From Terriglobia bacterium (GTDB lineage Bacteria > Acidobacteriota > Polarisedimenticolia > Polarisedimenticolales > JAIQFR01), in contig CAVVHE010000009.1 of NCBI GenBank assembly GCA_963748015.1, positions 192,001 to 256,000 on the forward strand: a stretch of DNA of 64,000 bases. The letters are read 5' to 3'. Each line of letters opens with the position of its first letter. The first letter of the stretch is position 1. Positions 9,578-20,660 of this stretch are shown here, in pieces. Below the pieces are notes generated by a model. That model searched no databases and had not been told where the DNA came from. It saw only the letters and a program-made list of their open reading frames with translations. A program made the translations under genes and the position numbers.

Positions 9578-10921
9578 TCACGCCCCTCCGGCTCTCGACC
9601 CGCGGTCCCCACGCTTTTCCAGCCGCTCCTGGGCCTCCGCGATGTGGTTCTTCAGGATGAACAGGCGCTGCGTGAAGTGGAGCGGGACCTTGAGGCGGTT
9701 CACGCGCCTCGCCAGCTCCTCGAGCGCCGCGGCGAGGGCGAAGGCCGCCTCGCCGGAGGGGTGCGCCTCCAGCTCCATCTCGATGACCTTCAGCTCGCGG
9801 TAGAGGCTGAACATCCGGCGCTCGATCGCGAACTCGTAGACCATCGGCAAGTAGCGCGCAAGGGGCAGCACCACGGCGAACAGCGGAACGAGGAGGATCA
9901 GCAGGCGCTCCGCGAGGTCGGACAGCCAGTACGGGAGGTGGCCGTAGAGGTACGGCCGCCCCGACTTGTAGAACTCGCGGGCATAATGGCTCAGCGGCAG
10001 GTCGATCGCCTCGGGGGCGGGGAACCGCCCTGCCTTGTTGAAGATCCCCGGTCCGCCGTGCACCTCCACGGCCGCGTCGAGGAGAAGGTACTGCAGCGCG
10101 GGGTGGAGGTCCTTGCGCACCGCCAGGCTTCCCTCGACCGCGAGCAGGCTCACGTCCGCGGGCGGTATGTTCCTTTCCAGGTCGGCCACGCCCGTCGGCA
10201 GCACCAGCTTGTTCAGGTGGGGGAAGAGGGCGACGTAGGCGTCCGCGCGGGGGTAGGTCACGAGCGTGATGCCGTCGGCGGCGAGGAGCTTGCGCACCGC
10301 CGGCGACTGCCAAGACGTCAGCATGACGGCGGCGTCGAGCTCGCCCCGGAGCAGCGCCTCCGCGGCTCGCTCGGGCGCGAGCCCGAGCAGCTCGACCCGC
10401 TTCTCGTCCACGCCGTTGAGCTCGAGCAGGCGGCGGGCCAGCACCCGCGTGCCGCTTCCCTCGGGGCCGATCGAGATGCGCTTGCCCAGCAGCGCCTCGG
10501 CCCGGGCGCCGGCTTGCGGGACACCTCGATAGAACAGCCAGAGAGGCTCGAAGGAGACCGTCCCGAGCGAGACGAGATCGGACGAATCCTCCCCGCCGGC
10601 GATCCCGGCCTCGACGAACGCGACGCTCACGCCCGAGCGGGGGTCGCGCAGCCTGGCGAGATTCTCCACCGCGCCCGCCGAGGGAAGCAGCTCGAGCTCG
10701 AGACCCGAACGGGCGAGGATGGCGCGATAGCGCGCGCCGAGCTCTCGGTTGGCGCTCCCCTCGGGACCGGTGGCCATGACCAGCGTGCGAGGCGGAAAAA
10801 TGCTCTTGCTGGTGACCAGCATCCAGACGGCGGCGGCCGCGACGGCGAGCACGAGGGCCGCCGCGACGATCGCGAAGGTACGCCGGCGGCGGGGCTTCCT
10901 CGGGCTGCTTTCATTTGGCAT
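9578..10921 (-). CDS. TAXI-family TRAP-type solute-binding protein with an extra C-terminal TM helix and helical tail
   Basis: MATGPEGS, SAGAVENL and GKRISIGPEGSGT TAXI motifs; hydrophobic segments at the N-terminus and at RLLILLVPLFAVVLPL. Confidence 0.8.
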   Translation of the reverse strand: MPNESSPRKPRRRRTFAIVAAALVLAVAAAAVWMLVTSKSIFPPRTLVMATGPEGSANRELGARYRAILARSGLELELLPSAGAVENLARLRDPRSGVSVAFVEAGIAGGEDSSDLVSLGTVSFEPLWLFYRGVPQAGARAEALLGKRISIGPEGSGTRVLARRLLELNGVDEKRVELLGLAPERAAEALLRGELDAAVMLTSWQSPAVRKLLAADGITLVTYPRADAYVALFPHLNKLVLPTGVADLERNIPPADVSLLAVEGSLAVRKDLHPALQYLLLDAAVEVHGGPGIFNKAGRFPAPEAIDLPLSHYAREFYKSGRPYLYGHLPYWLSDLAERLLILLVPLFAVVLPLARYLPMVYEFAIERRMFSLYRELKVIEMELEAHPSGEAAFALAAALEELARRVNRLKVPLHFTQRLFILKNHIAEAQERLEKRGDRGSRAGGA

Positions 10922-10933
10922 CGCCGCCCCTTC

Positions 10934-12616
10934 TCACTTCATGAGGAGCACGATGACGGGTCCCCACGCCGTCAGGAGGATGTTCCCGACGGCGTACGGC
11001 ACCGTGTAGCCGAGGACCGGCAACTTGCTCTGCGCTTCGTCCTGGATGGCCCGGAGCGCGGCGGTGACCGTCCCGGCTCCGGAGCAGGCGCCGAGGAGGA
11101 TCACCGGGTTCATCTTGAGGACGTACCGCCCGAAGAGCAGCGCCGCGACGTGCGGCGTGACCGCGACGACCAGGCCGACCAGGAGGAGGCTCGGGCCGGT
11201 CGCCTTCAGGCCGCTGACGAAAGTCGGCCCGGCGCTCAACCCGACGACCCCGATGAACACGGCGAGCCCCACCGTGTCGAACACCCAGAGCGCCGGCTCC
11301 GGGATGCGGCCGAACGTCGGCCGAACCGACCGCAGCCATCCGAACACCAGCCCCATGATCAGGGCGCCCCCGCTGGTCGTCAGGCTCAGAGGCAGCCCGC
11401 CGACCGTGACGGAGAGGAGGCCGACCAGGCCCCCGAGCAGGATGCCGAGGCCGACGAAGATCATGTCGGTCTCGTTCGACGGCGGCTCGATGTAGCCGAT
11501 CGCCTTCCCCGCGCGCTCGACGTCCCCGACGGGGCCCGAGATCTGGAGCAGGTCGCCGCGGTTCAGCGTCGTCGTGTAGGTGAACGGGATCTCCTCGCCT
11601 CCGCGCACGAGCTTGATGAGTGCGACTCCCCGCCCGTGCTCCTCGGCCACGTCCGCGAGCGTGCGCTCGGCCAGCGCCTTGTTCGTGAGGACGACGTCCC
11701 GGACGGCGAGCGGGAAATCGAGCAGCTCGTGGTCCTCGACCTCGACGCCGAACCGGGCAGGGTCCGCGAGGATCACCCGCCGGCGGGCCGCGACCGCGAT
11801 CACGTCGCCGGGGCGAAGAACGGTGTCGGGCACGGACTCGATGATCTCGCCGGCGCGCCGGATGCGCGCGACGAACACGCGATCCGGCGCCGCGGCCTTC
11901 TCCAGCGCCGCGACCGTCCCGTTCGCGAACGGCCCGTCGGGGAGGCGGTAGGTGCGGAGCGCCCACTCCCTGTAGGCGGACTGAGCGCCGGGCGCGGACT
12001 CCCGCTTCCCGCCCGACATCTCCATCTCGAGCTTGCGGCTCTCCGCTTTCAGGTTCACCTTGAGGAGCCGCGGCGCCAGCGCCGAGAGGAACCAGACGAC
12101 GAAGCCCGTGCCCACGAGGTAGCTGACCGCGTAGGCGACCGGGATGTTGTTCAGCAGGCGGTTCTTTTCCGCTTCCGGCAAGTCCAGGCGGTTGATGGTG
12201 TCGCCGGCGGTGCCGATGACGGTGGACTCGGTGAAGGCCCCGGCCATGAGGCCGGCCGCGGTCCCGCAATCGTACTTGAGCGCCTTGGCGGCAACGACCG
12301 TCGTCACCAGGCTGGTCACGCAGAGGACGACCGTGAGCGACACCTGCGACAGGGCGTTTTTCTTGAGCCCCCTGAAGAACTGCGGGCCGACCTTGTAGCC
12401 GGTGGCGAACAGAAAGAGGTCGAAGAAGACGATCTTGACGATGGGGGCGACCCGGATGTCGAGCTGGCCGATGATCACCCCGGCGAGCAGGGTGCCCACG
12501 ACGTTCCCGAGACTGAAGGTCCCGATGCGGATCCGGCCGATCAGGAAGCCGGCCGCGAGGGTCAGGAAGAGGGCCAGCTCCGGGTTCTCGCGAAGGATCG
12601 TCGCGAAGGTCGCCAT
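10934..12616 (-). CDS. aspT: Aspartate:alanine antiporter (AAE family, two TrkA-C domains)
   Basis: FLFATGYKVGPQFF, GAFTESTVIGTA and PVLGYTVPYAVGNILLT; 560 aa with a central soluble loop. Confidence 0.88.
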   Translation of the reverse strand: MATFATILRENPELALFLTLAAGFLIGRIRIGTFSLGNVVGTLLAGVIIGQLDIRVAPIVKIVFFDLFLFATGYKVGPQFFRGLKKNALSQVSLTVVLCVTSLVTTVVAAKALKYDCGTAAGLMAGAFTESTVIGTAGDTINRLDLPEAEKNRLLNNIPVAYAVSYLVGTGFVVWFLSALAPRLLKVNLKAESRKLEMEMSGGKRESAPGAQSAYREWALRTYRLPDGPFANGTVAALEKAAAPDRVFVARIRRAGEIIESVPDTVLRPGDVIAVAARRRVILADPARFGVEVEDHELLDFPLAVRDVVLTNKALAERTLADVAEEHGRGVALIKLVRGGEEIPFTYTTTLNRGDLLQISGPVGDVERAGKAIGYIEPPSNETDMIFVGLGILLGGLVGLLSVTVGGLPLSLTTSGGALIMGLVFGWLRSVRPTFGRIPEPALWVFDTVGLAVFIGVVGLSAGPTFVSGLKATGPSLLLVGLVVAVTPHVAALLFGRYVLKMNPVILLGACSGAGTVTAALRAIQDEAQSKLPVLGYTVPYAVGNILLTAWGPVIVLLMK

Positions 12617-12680
12617 GGGCGTCCGTCCCTCCTTGCGAGGCGGGAACGACGGCTGCCGCTGCCGCCGGTCCTACACCAAC

Positions 12681-15123
12681 TCAGACGTTGTCGGCCTCCG
12701 TGGAGCTGCGCCGCCTGCCAGCCGCCTTCTTCCCCTCCGCGCCCCATCTCCAGTCGAGGACCGAGGGGTGGTCCTCGCCGCGCTCCTCGATGAAGTGGCG
12801 ATGGTCGATGAGCGCGTCGCGGATGGCCTGCTTGGCGTACGCCGCGCGCGAGCCGAGCTGGGGCAGCCGGTCGATCACGTCCTGCACCAGGTGGAAGCGG
12901 TCCAGGTCGTTCAGCACGCACATGTCGAACGGCGTCGTGGTCGTGCCCTCTTCCTTGTAGCCGCGGACGTGGAGGTTCTTGTGGTTCGTCGCGGCGGTAG
13001 GTGAGGCGATGGATCAGCCACGGGTAGCCGTGGAAGGCGAACACGATCGGGCTTGTCCTTCGTGAACAGCGTGTCGAAATCCTGGTCGCTCAGGCCGTGC
13101 GGGTGCTCGCTCGACGGCTGGAGCTTCATCAGGTTCACGACGTTGACGACGCGCACCTTCAGCTTCCGGCAGGTGTCGGCGGATCAGGTCCACCGCCGCC
13201 AGCGTCTCGAGCGTGGGCACGTCGCCGCAGCAGGCCATCACGACGTCGGGCTCGCCGCCGCGGTCGTTGCTGGCCCACTCCCAGATGCCGACGCCGGCGG
13301 TGCAGTGCTTGACCGCCTGGTCCATGGTCAGCCACTGCGGCGCCGGTTGCTTGCCGGCGACGACGACGTTGACGTAGTTGCGGCTGCGCAGGCAGTGGTC
13401 GGTGACCGAGAGCAGGCAGTTCGCGTCCGGCGGCAGGTACACGCGGACCACCTCGGCCTTCTTGTTCACGACGTGGTCGATGAAGCCCGGGTCCTGGTGG
13501 GAGAAGCCGTTGTGGTCCTGCCGCCAGACGTGCGAGCTCAGCAGGTAGTTGAGCGAGGCGATCGGCCGCCGCCAGGGAATCTCGTGGCAGACCTTCAGCC
13601 ACTTGGCGTGCTGGTTGAACATCGAGTCGATGATGTGGATGAAGGCCTCGTAGCAGGAGAAGAAGCCGTGCCGGCCCGTGAGCAGGTAGCCTTCGAGCCA
13701 GCCCTGGCACTGGTGCTCGCTCAGCATCTCCATGACGCGGCCGTCGGGCGCCAGCTTGTCGTCGAAGGGGAACCGCTCGGCCATCCAGGCGCGGTTCGTC
13801 ACTTCGAGCGCGTCCTGCCAGCGGTTCGAGTTGTTCTCGTCGGGGCTGAAGAGGCGGAAGTTCCTCGCGCCGAGGTTCAGCTTCATCACGTCGCGCAGGA
13901 ACCGGCCCATCACGCGCGTGGATTCGGCGTCGGTCTCTCCCGGCTTCCGGACGTCCACGGCGTACTGGCGGAAGTCCGGCAGCTCGAGGTCGCGGAGAAG
14001 CAGGCCGCCGTTGGCGTGCGGATTGGCGCTCATCCGCCGGTTCCCCCGCGGCGCGAGCTCGGCGAGTCTCGGGCTTGAGCCGGCCGCTCTTGTCGAACAG
14101 CTCCTGCGGTCCGTAGCTCTTCATCCACTGTTCGAGGAGCGTCACGTGCCCGGGCTTCTCGTGCATCTCGCCCATCGGCACCTGGTGCGAGCGCCAGGAA
14201 TCCTCGGTGCGCTTGCCGTCGATCTCCTTGGGGCAAGTCCAGCCCTTGGGAGACCGCAGGACGATCATCGGCCATCGCGGGCGCGCGGTCGCCCCGCCCC
14301 CTGCGCGCCTCGGACTGGATGCGCTGAATCTCCCCGACGGCCTCGTCGAGCGCTGCCGCCATGAGCTGGTGCATCTTCTCCGGCTCGCTCCCCTCGACGA
14401 AGATGGGGACGTAGCCGTAGCCGCGGAAGAGCTGATCCAGCTCCTCGTGGCTGATGCGGGCGAGCACGCAGGGGTTGGCGATCTTGTAGCCGTTCAGGTG
14501 CAGGATCGGCAGCACCGCGCCGTCCGTCGCCGGATTGAGGAACTTGTTCGAGTGCCAGCTCGTGGCCAGCGGACCGGTTTCGGCCTCGCCGTCGCCCACG
14601 ACCGCGGCGACGATGAGGCCGGGGTTGTCGAAGGCCGCACCGTACGCGTGGCTCAGCGCGTAGCCGAGCTCGCCGCCCTCGTGGATCGAGCCCGGGCGTC
14701 TCGGGGGCGACGTGGCTCGGGATGCCGCCGGGGAAGGAGAACTGCTTGAACAGCCTCTTCATCCCCTCCTCGTCCTGCGAGATGTTCGGGTAGACCTCGC
14801 TGTAGGTGCCTTCCAGCCAGGTGTTGGCCACGATGCCGGGGCCCGCCGTGCCCCGGGCCGATGATGTAGATCATGTCGAGGTCGCGTTCCTTGATGACCC
14901 GGTTGAGATGGACGTAGATGAAGTTCAACCCGGGCGTCGTTCCCCAGTGGCCGAGCAGCCGCGGCTTGACGTGCTCCTTCTTGAGCGGCTACTTGAGCAG
15001 CGGATTGTCCTGGAGGTAGATCTGGCCGACGGAAAGGTAGTTGGCCGCGCGCCACCAGGCGTCGATCTTGCGGAGCTGGTCGGAGTTGAGAGGGTTCCCG
15101 GTCTTCGCGTCGGTCTTCTTCAC
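12681..15123 (-). pseudogene. xfp: Phosphoketolase (Xfp), disrupted as written by one TAG and seven +1 frameshifts; probably a consensus artefact
   Basis: Contiguous motifs across frames: [87 protein letters not shown]. Confidence 0.92.
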
Positions 15124-15157
15124 GGTTTGTCCTTTTCGCGAGAAGGGCAACGAGATT

Positions 15158-16045
15158 CTACCGCAGTCCGGGACCCGCGGCGGCGCGTTGAGGCCCGGTC
15201 TGCTTCTCACCGCCGGCTGGGGCGCGCGCGGATTTCATCTCCCTGAGGTCCGGTGCGAAATAGAAGAACCAGCGCAGCGTGTGGTTCAGGTCGTACTGGT
15301 ACCCGCTCGACTTCTGCTGGTACACCAGCATGTACCCGAGGTCGAAGCTCCAGGAGCGGGTCATGCTCTTCTTGACCCCGGCGAAGAACCGGTTCTGGTC
15401 GAAGGTGTTCAGGACGACGTCCTTTCCGAACTGGACGAGGATCTCGTCGGAAAAGACCAGCGACGGAACCGACGTCTTCTCGGAAACGGGGATCGTGAAG
15501 CTGAGTAGATACCGGACCCGGTCCGAGAAGAGCGTCTCGCCCGTCAGGGCGTCGTCCTTGACCTCCTGCTGCCAGCGCTGCTCGTTTCGAAGCCGGTGGA
15601 GCACGGTGGCCTTCCCGAATCTCGCCACGTACTGGAGCTGCTGGTAGAGGCGGTTCTCGTTGGACCAGGTTTCGCACCCGTCGCAGGAGGGAGCCTTCCA
15701 CATGTGGGCGTACCCGAGAACGAGCGTGAGTTTCTCCGTGAGCCAGTAATCCGCCCCGAAACGGACGAAGTAGAAGCTGGGGTCCTGGAGGAAGTCGTTT
15801 CGTCGGACGTGAACGTCCGCGACCATGCCCCACTTGTCCGTGAAGCGGGTCGTAGTGTTGAGGCTCGCCCAGAACTGGACCTGCTCGTTGATTTCCTTGG
15901 AGTCCTGGGCGCGAGACAGGTACGGCGCGAGCGCACCGACAGCGAAGACGAGGACCGCGAACGCGTTCCGTCGGATCCTCGGGGCGCGTCCTCTCGCGGG
16001 GCTGGGAAGCCGTCCCACCGCACCTTTCCGCAGCTGCCCGCTCAC
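15158..16045 (-). CDS. DUF2490-like outer-membrane beta-barrel protein
   Basis: Signal-like segment; [30 protein letters not shown] and DLGYM motifs; start codon uncertain. Confidence 0.75.
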   Translation of the reverse strand: MSGQLRKGAVGRLPSPARGRAPRIRRNAFAVLVFAVGALAPYLSRAQDSKEINEQVQFWASLNTTTRFTDKWGMVADVHVRRNDFLQDPSFYFVRFGADYWLTEKLTLVLGYAHMWKAPSCDGCETWSNENRLYQQLQYVARFGKATVLHRLRNEQRWQQEVKDDALTGETLFSDRVRYLLSFTIPVSEKTSVPSLVFSDEILVQFGKDVVLNTFDQNRFFAGVKKSMTRSWSFDLGYMLVYQQKSSGYQYDLNHTLRWFFYFAPDLREMKSARAPAGGEKQTGPQRAAAGPGLR

Positions 16046-16298
16046 CGCGGCGCCCTCCAGGAAGGGGGGATCGTGCCACCAACCGCGCACGGGAGCAATG
16101 GCTCTCCGATTTCTCCTCGCGGGGCCGCGCGGGCCCCGCGGTGCGGCCGCTTCCGCGCGCCCCGGGGCGGACCCGGTAAAACTCCCAGTCTTGATTTCCC
16201 CGGTAGGCGCGGGTAATCTCTCGTCCGCATCCTGGAAGTCGGTTTCGGTCGCCCGCGGCGCAAAACGGGGCGGTCCCCGTGCAAGGGGGGAAACATCC

Positions 16299-17474
16299 GT
16301 GAAGAAGACGACCTTCGTCGTGCTTGCGCTCGCGCTGGCGGCTGTCGCCGCGGCGTGCGCCAAGAAGGAACAGGCCGCGGCGGCGCCCCCCGAAGTGTAC
16401 GTGGCCGACGTCGTCCAGAAGGACGTGCCGGTCTACCTCGAGGTGGTCGGCCAGACCCGCGGCTCGCAGGACGTGGAGATCCGCGCGCGCGTCGAGGGCT
16501 ACCTCGATTCGGTGAACTTCACCGAGGGCAGCTTCGTCAGGAAGGGCGCCCTCCTCTACCACATCGACCCGAAGCCGTTCGAAGCCAAGCTCGCCCGGGC
16601 CAAGGCGGAGTTCGAGACCTGCAAGGCGCGTCTCGCAAAGACGAACAACGACGTCACGCGCCTGACCCCCCTCGCCGCCCAGCAGGCGGTCAGCCAGCAG
16701 GAGCTCGACAACGCGCTCGCGGCGCAGGACGCCGCGAAGGCCCAGGTCGACGCGGCCCAGGCGGCCGTGGACAACGCGGCGCTCGATCTCGGGTACACGA
16801 CGATCCGCTCCCCGATCGACGGGCTCGTGGGCACCACGAACGTGAAGTCCGGGAACCTCGTGGGACGCGGGGAGAGCACGCTCCTCACGACCATCTCCCA
16901 GGTTGAGCCGATCCTGTTCCGCGCGGGGATCAGCGAGGCGGAGTACCTGCGACTGGCCAAGCGACTCGGGGACAAAGAGGCGCCCGGGAAGGCTCCCGAG
17001 GAGGGGTCCATCGAGCTGATCCTCGCCGACGGAACGGTCCATCCCTACAAGGGAAGCGTCGACGCCGTCGAGCGCGCGATCGATCCCACGACCGGCACGC
17101 TCGCCATTCAGGTCCGTTTCGAGAACCCGGGCCGGGTGGTGCGTCCCGGCCAGTACGGCAGGGCGCGCGCCCAGGTCGAGGTGAAGAAGGACGCGCTCCT
17201 CGTGCCGCAGCGGGCGGTCGCGGAGCTGCAGAACCTCTACAGCGTTGCGGTCCTGACCGAAGGGGACAAGATCGCCTTCCGCAACGTCAAGGTCGGGCCG
17301 CGCGTGGACGGCATGTGGGTGATCGAGGAGGGACTCAAGCCCGGCGAGAAGGTCGTGGTCGAGGGGTTGCAGAAGGTGCGGGAGGGGGCGGTCGTGAGCC
17401 CGAAGCCCGTTCCGGCCCCCGCCACGGGATCCGGCGCCGCGGAGCCCGCGGCCGGCGCCGGGGCGGCGAAGTAG
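16299..17474 (+). CDS. RND efflux periplasmic adaptor (MFP) lipoprotein
   Basis: GTG start after AAGGGGG; lipobox AAAC; VEIRARVEGYL, LGYTTIRSPIDG and GLKPGEKVVVEG. Confidence 0.92.
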   Translation: MKKTTFVVLALALAAVAAACAKKEQAAAAPPEVYVADVVQKDVPVYLEVVGQTRGSQDVEIRARVEGYLDSVNFTEGSFVRKGALLYHIDPKPFEAKLARAKAEFETCKARLAKTNNDVTRLTPLAAQQAVSQQELDNALAAQDAAKAQVDAAQAAVDNAALDLGYTTIRSPIDGLVGTTNVKSGNLVGRGESTLLTTISQVEPILFRAGISEAEYLRLAKRLGDKEAPGKAPEEGSIELILADGTVHPYKGSVDAVERAIDPTTGTLAIQVRFENPGRVVRPGQYGRARAQVEVKKDALLVPQRAVAELQNLYSVAVLTEGDKIAFRNVKVGPRVDGMWVIEEGLKPGEKVVVEGLQKVREGAVVSPKPVPAPATGSGAAEPAAGAGAAK

Positions 17475-17477
17475 GCC

Positions 17478-20400
17478 ATGGCACGCTTCTTCGTCAACCG
17501 GCCGATCGTCGCGATGGTGATCTCCATCGTCATGGTGCTCCTGGGTCTCGTGGCCATGAAGAGCCTGCCCATCGCGCAGTACCCCGAGATCGTGCCGCCG
17601 ATGGTCCAGGTCACCACCACCTTCGTCGGCGCCTCCGCGACCGACGTCGAGGCCTCGGTGGCGACGCCGATCGAGCAGAAGGTCAACGGCGTCGAGAAGT
17701 CCATCTACATGAAGTCCACGAACGCGAACGACGGCACCCTGACCCTCAAGGTGTCGTTCGAGGTCGGCTCGAACCTCGACATGGACAACGTTCTCACCCA
17801 GAACAAGCTCTCGGAGGCGATGCCCCAGCTGCCGCAGTCGGTCAAGAACTACGGCGTGGCGGTCAAGAAGGCGCTCGCCTTCCCGCTCCTCGTCATCTCG
17901 ATCAAGTCCCCCAAGGGAACCTACGGCAGCGACTTCCTCGCGAACTACACCACGATCAACGTCAACGACGCCATCGCCCGCATCCCCGGGGTCGGCCAGA
18001 TCAACCTGTTCGGGGGAAGCGATTACGCGATGCGGATCTGGCTGCGCCCCGATCGCATCGCCAAGCTCTCTCTCACGGTGCCGGACATCGTGAACGCCAT
18101 CTCCCAGCAGAACATGCTCAGTCCTGCCGGGCAGATCGGCGGGCCCCCGTCGGCGCCGGGCACCGAGTACACGTACACGGTCCGCACCCAGGGGCGCCTG
18201 CTCAACGAGCAGGAGTTCGGCGAGATCATCGTCCGCAGCAACCCCGACGGGTCGCAGGTGCGCCTCAAGGACGTCGCGCGCCTCGAGCTGGGGACCAGCT
18301 CTACAACTCCTTCGGCCGCCACAACGGCGGCCCCGCCGCGGTCATCGCCGTCTTCCAGATCCCCGGCACCAACGCCCTCGAGGTGGCCGACAAGATCAAA
18401 GCGACGATGGCGGAGCTCAGCCAACGCTTCCCGCGGGACATGGAGTTCCTGATCTCCCTCGACACGACGCTCCCCGTCCGCGAGGGGATCAGCGAGATCA
18501 TCCAGACCCTGTTCGAGGCGGTGCTCCTCGTCCTCCTCGTGGTGTTCGTGTTCCTGCAGAACTGGCGGGCCACCCTGATCCCGCTCATGACCGTGCCGGT
18601 GTCGCTCGTCGGCGCGTTCATGTTCTTCCCGCTCCTCGGCTTCTCCATCAACGTGCTGTCGCTCCTCGGCCTGGTGCTCGCGATCGGGATCGTCGTGGAC
18701 GACGCGATCGTGGTCGTCGAGGCGGTGATGCACCACATCGAGCAGGGGCTGCCTCCGAAGGAGGCGACGCTCAAGGCCATGGAGGAGGTGTCGGGACCGG
18801 TCGTCGCGATCGGCCTCATCCTGGCCGCGGTCTTCGTGCCGGTCGGGTTCATGGGAGGGATCACGGGGCGGCTCTACCAGCAGTTCGCGATCACGATCGC
18901 CCTCTCCGTGCTCCTCTCGGTCGTGAACGCCCTGACCCTGAGCCCGGCGCTCGCCTCCCTGCTGCTCAAGGCGCCGACGGGAAAGAAGACGCTGCTGACC
19001 CCATTCTACAACGGGTTCAACAAGGTCTTCGGCCGCGTCACCGACGGGTACGTCGGCTTCGCGGGCATCCTCGTCCGGAAGTCCCTGCGGAGCATGCTCT
19101 TCATCCTGGTGCTCGTCGCCCTGATCGTGCCGATCGTCCGGCGCATCCCCGGCGGATTCGTCCCCGAGGAGGACCAGGGCTATCTTCTCGTGAACGCGAT
19201 GCTCCCCGACGCGGCCTCGCTCGAGCGGAGCGACCTCGTGATGCGCAAGGTCGAGAAGATCCTGAAGGAGAACGAGGGGATCGCCGGGTTCAACACGATC
19301 ACCGGGTTCAGCCTCGTGACCGGCGCCTACTCCACGAACATGGGGTTCTTCTTCGTCGAGCTCAAGCCCTGGGAGGAGAGAAAGGGCGAGAAGCTCCACG
19401 CGAACGGGATCGTCGCGGACCTCAACCGGGCCTTCGCCCAGCAGATCCCCGAGGCCGGCGTCGCGGCCTTCGGTCCGCCGGCGATTCCCGGCCTCGGGAC
19501 CGGCGCCGGGTTCACGCTCGAGCTCCAGGACCGGAGCGGCGGGACGCCGAAGTACCTCGCCGACCAGGCGGCGCGCTTCATCGAGGCGGCGCGCAAGCGG
19601 CCGGAGATCGGGCGCATCAACACCCTCTACCGCGCCAGCGTCCCGCAGGTGTACGCGGACATCGACCGGAGCAAGGTGCTCAAGTTGGGCGTCCCGCTCC
19701 AGGACGTGAACACGACGCTCGGCGCGCTCCTGGGCAGCTCGTACGTGAACGACTTCAACCGCTTCGGGCGCGTGTACAAGGTCTACGTCCAGGCCGAGCC
19801 GGAGTACCGCAAGGACCCGAAGCAGCTCGGCCTCTTCTTCGTCCGCAGCGCCGGCGGGAACATGATCCCGCTCGACACGCTCGTCACGGCCGGGCCCACG
19901 TCGGGGCCGGAGTTCACGAACCGCTTCAACCTCTTCCGCACGGCGGAGGTGACCGGCGTGCCCGCTCCCGGCTACTCCTCGACGCAGGCACTCGACGCCC
20001 TCGAGGAGACCGCCAAGGAGGTCCTGCCCCCCGAGATGAGCTACGACTGGGCCGACATGTCGTACCAGGAGCGGAAGGCGCCGGGCGTGGCGGTCGTGTT
20101 CGCCCTCGCGATCCTCCTCGTGTTCCTGGTCCTCTCCGCCCAGTACGAGAGCTGGGGGCTTCCCTTCAGCGTGCTCCTCGGGACGCCGTTCGCGGTGTTC
20201 GGCGCCTACCTCGGCCTCTGGCTGGCGCGCCAGTTCTCGCAGAGCTACGTCAACAACGTCTTCGCCCAGATCGGCCTCATCATGCTGATCGGACTGGCCG
20301 CGAAGAACGCCATCCTGATCGTCGAGTTCGCGAAGATGCTGCGCGAGCAGGGCAAGGGGATCGTCGAGTCGGCGCTCGAATCCGCGAAGCTCCGCTTCCG

Positions 20401-20659
20401 CCCGATCCTGATGACGGCCTTCGCGTTCATCCTGGGGGTCACCCCGCTGCTCACCGCGTCCGGGGCCGGCGCCGAGGCCCGCAAGGTCATGGGCATGGCC
20501 GTCTTCGCGGGAATGCTGATCGCGACGATCCTGGGCGTCTGCCTGATCCCGGTGCTGTTCGTCGTGGTCGAGAAGGTCACCGGAGGCGGCAAGCCGCACG
20601 CCCCGGCGCCGGCCGCGGGGCCGGCCGAAGTCGAAGCCCACGGCTCGGGAGGGCACTGA
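17478..20659 (+). CDS. HAE1-family RND permease with one -1 frameshift near 18296
   Basis: MARFFVNRPI..., GIVVDDAIVVVE, GLAAKNAILIVEF, RFRPILMT; the frames join if ACCAG is read ACC-CAG (GTQLYNSFG). Confidence 0.9.
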
Positions 20660-20660
20660 C

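Noticed and set aside
12990..14841. Programmed frameshifting or phase variation in xfp
   Set aside because: Seven independent +1 events with no slippery heptamers or long repeat tracts; an artefact is simpler
14989..14991. In-frame TAG in xfp as pyrrolysine or stop-codon recoding
   Set aside because: TAG terminates other genes here (250, 3358, 17474, 22112), no pyl genes are visible, and the same gene carries seven other lesions
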